This document shows positions 1 to 12,000 of a stretch of 64,000 bases of DNA, one piece after another. This DNA comes from Bugula neritina. Taxonomy: Eukaryota; Animalia; Bryozoa. The DNA lies in contig OZ037767.1 in NCBI GenBank assembly GCA_964035545.1, forward strand, positions 28,226,628-28,290,627, read 5' to 3'. Below the pieces are notes generated by a model. It worked only from the letters and a program-made list of their open reading frames with translations, had not been told where the DNA came from and made no database searches. The position numbers were made by a program, and so were the translations under genes. The stretch's first letter is position 1; every line of letters starts with the position of its first letter.

Positions 1-3000
1 CTCACTCTCAAGTCAGAAAAACCGGATGTCAGATCAAGCAGGTCTGTTCTGCTGCCACTATTCATGATTGGAGGTGTTGATGTTCTTACAGACATCAACT
101 CCACAGCCCTCAAAGGAGCAACAGTCAAACCTGAGCCACTAGAATTAGTCTTTGGTCTTGTGCTGCCGTCTCCCCGAGCTGCTGACTCAACATCTTCCTT
201 AAGGGAGAGCATCTTGATCAAATCTTGCTGAGCCGGTTTAACGGAGACAACCTGCACCTGGAGATATTGATAGAAGCTAGTTTACAGAAGACATATATCT
301 AACTGTAGCAGCATATTGTAATAGTATTAAGAGAGTTCACAGCTTCTGTATAGTGCTACTATAAAGCCAAGTAAAGCTTTGCAGTTTTTCTGCAAAAGCT
401 AATATTTGATTCAAGACCTATTCTATAAAGTCAAATTAATTCATTTCTACAGATCTTTTAATGTTCAACATAACAACAAAACAGATTAGCAGTGAGGAAT
501 GAAGAGCAAAATTCTAAAACTTAAAGCTTATAAAACCAAATAACACATTACCTAATTTCCCAAAATGGAAGAACTTTGCAGAACCCTTGTATGACCCTCC
601 TATACCATGAATTTATTTTTCAGTCAAGCATATCATTCAACTGAGTATAATTAGTAAATATTGTATAATATAAATAGAAAAAATATTATGCCTGGCTAAA
701 TACTAAAATGGTTTTATTATTAGCCTGTGTGAATGCTTTTTTAAAGAATATAAAATAATTTCAAAACTCCCCGGCTAAATGGAGATAGATAGCCACATAA
801 AAAGTGAATACACCAGCTAGCTGCAATATTCATTTGTTCAACTTTTTATAAGAAATATTCAGATCATTAGCAGCTATTACAATCCATAAAACTTCAGCAC
901 AGGATAAAAATGTCCATACCTTGCCCGTTGAACCCGTGGGTCTAACAATATGGTAAGGAAGTTTCTTACGCCTCATGTACATTTCAATGTTCTGTTTTGT
1001 AGTTTTCTCCCAAAGTTCCATTGATGCTTGGAAAAGACATAGATAAAAGCTAGCATAAAACAGAGCAAAGTTTTATAAACAATAAGCGAAGTTAATTAAA
1101 ATTGCTTTCGAAAAAGATTAAAAACTAGCCAGACGTTAAAATTAAAAGTTTCTCTCAGGACCTATAAAGCTGATGACTTATAAGAATTGAGAGAGTTTAG
1201 TTAAATAGCATAATGTAAGTAAATAATACGCAATGACTCACAAAACATAGTAGGAAGAAGGGGGGGGCACAACGGTCCTAGGGGTACAAAAATCTGGCCA
1301 AATTGTGAGAGAACTTATTGACTTGAAGTTGTGATTTTTCTTCATAAAAAGATATTGATATAATTATTCAGCCTTTGTAGTTTCAACACTTGCGGAACAT
1401 ACGCGTTGAAAAGGCGAGTAAAAAACTGTTTTTACCTACTTTTTGTAAATTTTAAAGGATGTCGTTAAAGCTTTATAACTTTTTACACTCAAAGGCAAGA
1501 AGTCTATATTTTACTAATATTGTTGCCATTGCTTGTCTCTGCATTGCTTAACTAGTATAACAGCAAACTCTAAAATAAATTTTCCTTGAGCCACATTTAT
1601 TTTTAATTTGGCCACAGGGGCACAATGGGCCATCTGATTATTGCACCCTGATCACTGTTATTAGTTTGTTTGCCCAAAAAGTTAGTTGAAATCTTACTAA
1701 AATCCATAGATATAGCCATTTCTGACCTTTTTGTAAAATATCAAAGACGTCATGGTAAGACTACAAAACTACAAGTTGAAGCTCCCCTAATATATACATC
1801 TGGTGAGGTTAAAGCTTTGCCATTTTATACATAATACAAAACATTCTGCTCTTGCTACTATTAGATAGTCATGATATTCATTATGTATTACACCATTAGG
1901 GAATATACTGGAATATACATGTATTTGACTAAAATAAACTTGTGATTTGCTCATTTGCTCCCCCCTCTCCCTTCCGTACTCCAGTCACAAACCTCAGCCA
2001 TGCACCTTAGCTACAGTTCATAGAAAAAAGTCCACTCGGAATTTTGTAGTGCATGTTACTAAAGTTTTTTTTTTGATAAAAGTTCTTCTGAAGTGAAAAT
2101 AAAAGAACATTTTTAGTTCTAAACAGTAATGATAATGGCACTGTAGAACCGTGTGATGTGCGTTTGATTTTGCCTTCCTCTGCTATCCGTAGTGACACAA
2201 ACTGTACAGCTAAAACATGAATTTTGCTGTATATTTGAAAGAGTATCTTTATTTATTTGTAAAATTAAATAAATAAAGATCAGATGTAACAAAATACGCA
2301 AAGTTTCAATATATTTGTTGCGTCCCACCCAGTGGCCCATTGTACCCCGGTACCGGGGCACAATGGGCCAATTTTTCGTCATGAAAATTTCATTATTCTG
2401 AAAGTTGTGAGAGAGATAGAAACAACAAACTGGTACCAGTGATAGACAACAGATGCAGCATTAAGACTAGAGATTATTGAACTAGTAACTTAAAAAACAG
2501 ACGAATAAGAGCAACAAATGCAAAATTCGGCCCGTTGTGCCCCGGTTACCCCTATATAGTGTGTCATGAGTGCATGTGTAGAGTAAACGCAGTGTAAAAT
2601 GACATGCTGTATACGCTGTAGCCTACATACCAACTACTGAATCTTCACATATGATGTAATCCCTCAGCTTCTTCTCTGCCTCATTCAGCCGTGACTTATT
2701 TTCACTCTCAGTTATAAGCAACACACGCTTGTGATCGCCACTTTCCCCAGCAGTAGTAGTTCTGTGCCGTACGCTGTACTCGTCCAGAATACTGTTTATG
2801 CGACTACAAGGGGACCAACAAACCAAGTCTCACATGCAATAACTTTTATTACCTTCTTAACAAAAGATTCTGACTTTGTAACCTATTCTTAACCATGTTA
2901 TCAAGGTAGCGGCTCATATAAAAATATAACAAAGTAGCTGCTTGTATGAAAATATAGAGAATTCCGTGTTGTGCTGATGTGATATAAGCACCAATGAATA

Positions 3001-6000
3001 ATTTTGACTCAACTGAAACAAAAACTGTTGGAAATTCGTAAATCTTACGTACTACACAACAAATTTCTATATTTCTTGTGCATAAAATATAAAGAGCTAC
3101 ACAAGCGTATAGCAAAATTTCTGACAATATGGTCACGAAAATAAAGTTTTAGTACTGGCTGTTTTTATACCAGGCAAGTTTTTATTTAAATCATTTCTCT
3201 CCCATACACCTTCAACACTGTCCCAATGTTTCCAACTTGATTTAATTTTTATTAAATAATTTGAATTACCCAAAAGCACGGGATGTTTGACTGTCAAGAA
3301 ACTCCCACATGGCTTTATTCAGAGTTATTTGACGTTTAGTCAGGCTCTCTGGGTACTTTGCTATGCGCTCTTGTAGCTTTGAGATCATCTCAGCATCATC
3401 TCCTTTTATAATAGCTGTGCCCATCCCATTGCCCAAATTAACAGTAATGTTACAACCATGGAACTCAGACTTCATAGCCTGCAGTCCTTTATACCTAACA
3501 AACAAAATCATGCAATTTTACTGAACGATCTTCGAATAGGTACGTCTACCATTTGGTGTATCACATTTTCATATTCTGCATTATAAACAGCCAGTGAGGT
3601 GACTACTAACAGGTTCACATGAAATTTAAAGTATGAGAACTCTAGAAGGCCTACTTTAGAAACTCTGCATCAACTAGGGGAAGTGTTACACTGACATCAG
3701 CGTTACTTGTGCAGTCACTTTTGAGCTGATCTTCAAACGCAGTTACTAGGGGTGGTTTACCTAAAAGCGGCAATGAGTACACATATTCATCCGATATATT
3801 AGAGAAAATTCCAACCGTAGGACCATAAATCTTCAACTGAAATATACACAAATACAAAATTGAATTCCCAATTCAAATATAATTTAATCCTTGTATCAAG
3901 ACGGCCAAAAAGTTTAGCATTTGAAAAGTTAAAAAAGACTATTAACAAATGCACAGCAGTTTCCAAACTATTGTGCACTAGCCTAACCAGCTTTTACCTT
4001 AGCCATCATCCAGTGAAAATGTGGTAAAACTGTACTAGTGTTATTATTAATATTTAGCATTAGTATCAAGTACTACGTGTTAATACTTGTGCTGGTATTA
4101 GTAAGATGTATTAACATCCGTATTTTGTACTAGTATTAGTATGATGTGCCAGTATTAGTAGCCTATTATGTACTAGTGTTATGTATTAGTATTATCTATT
4201 AGCATTAGTATTGGTAAACTACTATTAGTATTAGTACTACTGTAATGGATTTTCACCCTCTATTAGATTTTAACTGCGTGAGTCAGTATTATAACTACTG
4301 TTGCGTATCGTTTTGAATGCTGTAATTATAGCTAAGTTGCACTAGCTTTCTAATGCCTTATTATTGTGATTAAGCTTTCAGTATAATGTAATTTTCATTA
4401 AATACGCATTTCCAGAGTTATTTTCCCTTTTTGCTATTTCATCGTTTTGCATTAATACTGATACTGGAAATTTGTGTAGCTTTTATGAATGCCTTCAATA
4501 GGTTGTTATTATAGCTAAATTCTTGGCCTATTGAATTATTCATTATCCTTTGTCTATTTTTCTTTTGTTACTGTCAAGCTTAACTTTCTTTTGTCTGTTG
4601 GAACATTCTAGATGTGAATTCTTGTGTATAAAAGCAGGCGAGTTTCCAGTGTAGCTTCAGACTACTACTGGAGCTCGCTGGTAGTAGGACCACATAAGCT
4701 GTATCTGATACAATAAAGGTTATCCTCATTTGTACTCAAATACTTGGCTTATTCTTTCTAGAGCATGTAGGCACTAGTTGCATTCAGAACCCACAGTTTA
4801 CTACATTGGTGGCAGCGGTGGGATTTTCGAATAACTAGTTGCCGAGCGGCACGCAATGGCCCCAGGGGACTCAGCCCCTGAGGCAGCAACACCACCAGCC
4901 CTCACTGTTGAGGCGCTGGTCACAGCCCTCCAAGGATTGCGAGGGCAAGGACAGGCATCACCTGGTGACAGGTATCGCCTCCAGCCCCCGAATTTCGGAG
5001 GAGAAGGAGACGTAGAGCAATTCATCAGGGAGTTCCAGGATGTGGCCACCATCGCTGAATGGCCAGTACGGGTGCGCATCCTCCAACTCCGGGCCTGTCT
5101 GACAGGCCGGGCCAAGAGCTTCGCTCTTGGGCCTGATGAAGAGCACATCATGCGGGCTCTCAGAGCCCGGTTCGGCCTAACAGCCGAAGAAGCAGCTGAT
5201 CGTTTGCAGATAATGAGGAGGGACCGGAAGACTCCTCTGGAAGATCACGCTAACGAGGTAGAGCGCCTGGCTCAGGCTGCTTTCGGTCAAGCCACTGGCG
5301 ACGACCGGAAGCGCCTCGTTTATAACGCGTTCTTCCGGAGCGTGAATCACCCGGATCTGCAGCGATACTGGCTGGCCGCCAAGGTCATCAGTATAGAAGA
5401 AGCGCTGGAAATGGGGAAGGCTTACTTTCAGGTGGAAGAGCCTAGGCGACCGAGCTATACAGCCCGCCAAGTGGTCGAGGAGCATGAAGAGACCACCCCA
5501 CTTCCAACTCCACAGGTAGCAGCAGCTGCAACTGAATCACCCGAGCAGACGCAGCTCACCATGTTAATGGACATGATGAAAGGCCTGCAGGCTACGGTGA
5601 CGAAGTTGCAGAGCGAACAAGCGGATAGGCGGGCTCCCCGATCACGGGACAACCCTGTCCGCCCATCTCTGCTAACCTGTTGGGGGTGCGGGGCGCAAGG
5701 GCACGTGAGGAGGCACTGCCCTAGAGGCCAAGGGCCTTTAAACACCCAAGGCTCACGGTAACTTCCGCCAACCGTGGGCCTCACGCCAATCCCATCCAGG
5801 ATAGGACTCGGAGAGGAGAAGAAGAGACCTCCACAGGGTCTGCCGATACCGAGTGGCAGAGGCCACGGAGATCTCGGAGACCGCAAGGTCTACCCGATCC
5901 TCCGGCCGTGTCACTCGAGACCCGGATGCAGCTAGAAGAAGCAGGATGGCAGGCACCTCGGAGATCTCGGAGACCGCAAGGTCTACCCGATCCTCCGGCC

Positions 6001-9000
6001 TGGCCACTCCAGAACCGGTTCGCGGGGTTGCCCGAGGAGGTTGTGGAGGAGGATTCAGCTTACTCGCAAGAGTACCCCAAGCTACCCTCCCGACCCCAGA
6101 AAACCCCCGTTGTCTCTAAGACGAAGAGGAGGCCCGCTGTGCGAACCCAAGTTGTGTCTCCCCCAGAGACTGACCGCTCCAGGAGCACCCAGCCGTATGG
6201 AAGCAGCTACTTCCTGCCCGGAAAGATTTCGGGTAAAGCTGCCACATTCCTACTGGATACTGGGTGCACTACCAACCTGCTGAGTAGGCGTCTCTTTGAC
6301 ACTCTTGGTGCACGAGAGCGGGCGAGCCTCGAGCCGTATGAAGGTGCGCATGGTACGTTGGCGGACGGATCATGCATTCCTTTCTACGGCGTCATTTCAC
6401 TACCTGGACGCGTCCGTGATCAAGCAATTCACGAGACGTTCATAGTCAGCCAGCTGAAGGAGGACGCCATCCTGGGAATGCCGTTTCTGGAGAAACACCA
6501 GTGTCACATGGATTTCCAGAAGTCAGTGGTGGTGATGGCTGGGAAGGAACTTGTCTGCGTCGACAAGTTCGGAAGGCCCTTGGTGGGCGGAGTCCAGGTA
6601 GTGCGGGACTGCACTTTTCCGGGGAGATCCCAGGCGACTCTTCGTTGCAGAGTCAACTGCAAGGGGATCGCCGGCCTGGGGGTGGTTGAGGGAACGCACG
6701 GAGCGATCCGACTAGCAAACAGCCTGAATCGGCTAGATTGTCGGCAGGAGCTCCTCGTGCAGTGCATCAACCCCTTCACGGAACCTGTCCGATTATCGGC
6801 TGGAGCGCTGGTGGGGAAGTACCACTCCATCCAGGAAGCGGATGTGGGTCCGGCACTGGAGACAGTGGCCGACACCCAGGGGAACCCCACTCACACCAGA
6901 CGAGGAGCAGTCCCGGAGCATATGGCTGACCTGTATGATGGAGCGTGTGGAAACTGTACAAGTAGTACTGAACGCCAAGTACTGGCTCAACTACTTGCGG
7001 AGTACAGTGATGTCTTCAGTCGTGGTGATGGAGACATGGGGCTGACCAAGGTCATCTCCCACGAGATACCCCTGGCAGCCGGCACCACTCCCATCAGGCA
7101 GCCTACCCGGCGTCTAGGCCCGGAGAAGGAGAAGGAGGTGAGCCGACAGGTACAGGATCTTCTCGACCGGGATCTGATTGAGCCTGCCCACGGTGCGTGG
7201 AGCTCTCCAGTAGTCCTGGTCAAGAAGAAGGATGGTAGCTGGAGATTCTGCGTGGACTACCGCAGACTCAACAGCGTTACCATCCAGGACGCCTACCCTC
7301 TCCCACGGATAGATGAGTCTCTGGATGCCCTCGCGGGTAGCAAGTACTTCAGTACTTTGGATCTGCTTAGCGGGTACTGGCAAGTACCCCTCAGTCCTGA
7401 TGCCCAGGACAAAGCAGCGTTCATCACCCGCGACGGGCTCTGGAAGTGGAAAGTACTGCCATTTGGACTAACGTCCGCTCCGGCAACTTTCCAACGGCTC
7501 ATGGAGCAGGTCCTCAGTGGGTTACACTGGAAGATCCTCCTCATCTATCTGGACGACGTCATTGTAATCTCCCCAGACTTTTCGACTCATGTCAGTTGTC
7601 TGCGGGAGGTCTTTGACCGTCTCCGGGCAGCTGGACTGAAGCTGAAGCCCTCCAAGTGCGCACTCCTGCAGCCGGAAGTCACGTACCTGGGCCATGTGGT
7701 TGGCCGTGATGGGGTCGCTACCGACCCGGAGAAGGTACAGGCTGTGAAGGAGTGGACTGTCCCCCGTGACCTCCCTGAGTTGCGTGCATTCCTGGGCCTA
7801 GTAGGGTACTACCGGCAGTACATACCTGGTTTCGCAGGAGTGGCTCAGCCGTTAAATCGGCTGACCGCCAAGGGGGTCCGGTGGCAGTGGACGCAGGAGG
7901 AGCAGCAGGCATTTGACCACCTCAAGCAACGGCTAATGGAGGCGCCAATTCTGGCGTATCCTGATCCAGCCAAGGAGTACATCCTGGACACCGACGCCAG
8001 CGACCACAGCGTGGGAGCTGTCCTGTCTCAAGTCCAGGGTGGAAGTGAGGTGGTCGTGGCTTACTACAGCAAGACTCTCGCAGCCGCCGAGAAGAACTAC
8101 TGCACCACTAGGAAGGAACTCCTAGCAGTAGTCAAGGCGGTCAAGCACTTTCGGCCATATCTGTATGGGAGAATGTTCCGTTTGCGAACAGACCATGCGT
8201 CACTGATATGGCTGTGTAAACGTGCAGAGCCCTCGAGCCAGGTGGCTCGTTGGCTAGAGATTCTTGCCGAGTTCTCTTACCGGATAGAGCACCGTGCAGG
8301 CTGGAAGCATGGGAACGCTGACGGCATGAGCCGCCGGCCGGTAGAGGACTGTAAGCAATGCCTACACATTGAGAAGCGGGACGGGAGACCCGCTCGCCTT
8401 GACGTGGAAGCGGAGCTAGTGGAGGGCACCGCCTACCGGTGGGAGCACGGCCATCTTCGGACCGAAACCCACCAGGACGGTGTCCAGGCGCTCCACGCCA
8501 ACCCTACTCTGCACCAGAACGTCAAGGAGCTGTGCCGACTCCAGGAGACGCTACCCGGCGCGGTAGCGGACATCTTCCGGGCCAAGAAGGCGGGCCGACG
8601 ACCTAGCGAGGAACAGCAGCGGCAGGGAGACGTTGAGTTCCAACTCCTCTGTCGTTGCTGGGATGCCCTCAAGGTCAGTCCTGATGGCCTCCTGGTAATA
8701 ACGTTAGCAGCAGACAACCGCCAGCAGGAGAGGGACCGCGTCGTCTGTCCACGCGCCCTCCGGCGGGAACTGATCTGGGACACCCATAAGCAGGCTCATG
8801 CTGGAGTCAGTCGGGTCATCAGGTGTCTGCGGCTGCGTTGGTATTGGCCCGGGATGACTCGGGACGTACGACTGCGGGTACGGCAATGCGAGGTCTGCCA
8901 AGCTAGCAAGCATGGCCGCCCCACGGAAACCACTGGTCGACGCCGGCTGTACGCTGCTCGACCGTGGCAAGTAGTGGCGGTAGACCTCGTCGGGCCTATG

Positions 9001-12000
9001 CCGTTATCCGCCAGAGGAAACACCTGGATACTGGTGCTCACGGACCACTTTACCCGGTGGGCAGATGCTCTGGCTATACCAGACGCAACCGCCCCCACGG
9101 TGGCCGGACCCTGGACCAACATGTGTTCTGTTACCTCGGTTTGCCCGAGCAGATACATACGGACCAGGGCGCCCAGTTCCAATCCCAGCTCATGGGAGAC
9201 CTCTGCCGGATATGGGGGGTGAACCAGAGTCGGACCACCCCATATCACCCGCAAGGGAACGGAGTCGTCGAGCGGAACAACAGGATGTTGGGGGACGTGC
9301 TCCGGAGCCTGCTGCTTGGTCGAGGTCAGGAAGAATGGGACGTGGTGCTGCCGCAGATCATGCGGGCCTACCGCAGCACACCACACTCCGCCACGCAGGA
9401 GACCCCAAACTTCCTGATGCTAGGCCGAGAGACGCGGGTCCCGGAACACCTGACGTACCATGTTCCTGCCCCCGAGTCACCGGTACACGAATATGTGGAG
9501 GGTCTGATGGACATCATGGGCAAAGCTCATGATGCGCTGCGCACCCAGCAGTGGCAGACCCGCACAGAGGACTCAGAGGAGCCCCCGTTGTACCAGGTGG
9601 GAGACTGGGTCTGGATGGTGAGCTACCGTAGGCGACGCGGACAGTCGGCTAAGCTTCAGCCCAAGTTCGTCGGTCCCTACTGCGTAGTGGAGGTGCTGCC
9701 CAACCACACGTACCGTGTGGAGCGCTCTGGACAGGTCTCCGTCCAGAGCGAGCAGCGCCTCAAACCTTACCATGCCAGCCCAGACGCGGTGGGTCAGGCT
9801 CCACCCCTCCTGGAGCCCCACCGTCAGCCCAACCGTCGAGGACGGGCCACCCAGCCCCGAGAGGTGGAAATTATGGTTCCCAGAGAGTCGGACCAGGAGC
9901 AGGCCGCCTTGATAGAGCAGCTGGAGCGACAGCAGAGAGAGGAGCGGGAACAGGAACAGCGGCAAGCCCTAGGACCACCACCCTCCCTGGGGGAGGACAC
10001 CCCCACCCCCGTGTTGGGTGAAGGCGGGGACCCCCCTACTAGGGTAGCCCAGGAGCCACCAACACCACCGGTGCCTGTTCCAATTGAGAGGAGCCAGCGG
10101 TCAAGAAGACCCCCCAGGTATCTGGCAGACTATGCTGTAGGGCACCTGGAGTGGCCCCCTCATGAGGACAACCCACCCAGTACGGACGACCACCCCATCT
10201 TGGCTGGAAATTCCCTCCATCACCCCGGAGAATTCCACCAAGAAGAAGATTTCACACAGCTAGCACATACCCAAACAGAGGAGCGTAAGGATACCGAGGA
10301 GGCCAGTCGATCCGACTCCCCTCCCCCACCAGCTCCTGTTTCGGCTCCCCGCAGCCAGCAGGACGACACCCCCTCTTCCGAGGTGTGTTCCGCCAGCGTT
10401 AGTGGCCCTGACCCCGAACCGGTTGAGCTCCAGTTCACAGCTGGGGAGGAGCAGGGCACTCTATACGGCGACCACCTCGCAGGCAGAGACGAAGAGGACT
10501 CTCCAATACTGGCAATGCCTCGGGCCCTGGTCGCCCGCCAGTATTGGATATCTGGAGCACCAGGCAGCCAGATAGAAGAACAGACTCAGCCAACCCACCC
10601 ACAATTGCCCCGTCACGGGCAGAGTATGGCACTTCCTTACCGAGAGTGCATCCTGGATAGCGCAATCGAGGCCTGGTCCCGTATCCTCGATCCAAGTACA
10701 GAAGAGATAGGAAGCCTGGTGCACCACCTCTAATGATAAAACCGGACAACCAGGGGCCGCTGGCAATAGCCAACTGAACTGTAAATATTCTCGTGTTACG
10801 TGTGATTAATCATAATACTTTCCTGTTAACCGCATATTTTTCTACGTTTGTGTTTTATTTTTTTTGTGTGGAATCATTGTTTTGCTATCGAAAAGGGGAT
10901 ACTTTTCGATGGGGGGGAGAATGTAATGGATTTTCACCCTCTATTAGATTTTAACTGCGTGAGTCAGTATTATAACATACTATTCATAACAAAAGTAACT
11001 TCAGCAAAGAAAACCTTTTTTTTCAATTTAAAGACGCTGCCTGCTATAACACCCAACTATATATATGAAAATGTATTTCTTAATCCACTGTGAATCCAGT
11101 TCAATTTATCAAAATATTCATTTATTACAAGAATTTTCTCATTCAGAACCATTTTTCCATCCTCAAAAGGCCTCGCTCCCACTAATTTGAATCAACATAG
11201 CGTTTTATAAGTTGTAAAAAAGCTATACACAATACAGTAACGTGTCTCAAGCTTCATATTGATTAAACTTATAGCTGAAAAACAGGTGAAGTTGTACCTT
11301 CAGGTTTGCTGTAAGCAACCAGCCGCTGTGACTGTATGCTGGAAGTGCTTAGCTGTGCTGAATTATCCCCGCCAGTGTGCTTTCTCAAGGTCATCAACTT
11401 ACGCAGATAAGTATCCGTGCTATTCGAATTAACCTGAGTCAGAAGGACCGAGAAATCCTTAGAAGACAGTTCCTGGACTAAAATAAACAACAATTTATTA
11501 CTTGATACAATGAAGCTAATGAATGGTAATGTGCAGGCCACATGTGACTAGGCGAATGTTAGACCAGCAAACTATTGTAAATTATACTACTGTAGAAATT
11601 ATTTGACATGAGCCTCCTATAAAACTCACAATTTCAATATGAGATACAGTCATGCAAATAATGTATTCCCTAGGACTTTCAACATTTCACTGAACATATA
11701 GTCAGACAACATGTGAACTGCTGATAAGATTAAGTTCATTATTACCTATCAGACTTAACTCTGACACTTGCAGTTGTCAAGATAACTTATCTAGTCAAAT
11801 ACCCAGTGTGTGACTAGCTCTACACCAACAGTGCAATTGTACTGTTTCATACAGGGCAGTATTTTATGTTAGACCACAACTATTGTTATGTTTTCAATTG
11901 TTATAATTTAACCCACATTTTGGGGAGTGTTTTGAATGCTGCTATGTAGTACCATGTAGGTTTTAAATATGTTCCAACACCCAAATGCAGCTAGCAGCCC

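Larger units (their letters stand above)
4241..10977 (+). mobile_element. Ty3/gypsy LTR retrotransposon, near-complete, 3' LTR truncated
   Basis: 5' LTR TGTA...TACA, tRNA primer-binding site, gag, pol in PR-RT-RH-IN order, polypurine tract, and 55 bp identical to the start of the 5' LTR. GC-rich block within AT-rich host DNA. Confidence 0.97.

Noticed and set aside
4801-10773. Many antisense and alternate-frame ORFs inside the retrotransposon, including a possible env
   Set aside because: Expected in GC-rich coding DNA; none has recognisable motifs or a signal-peptide plus transmembrane layout.
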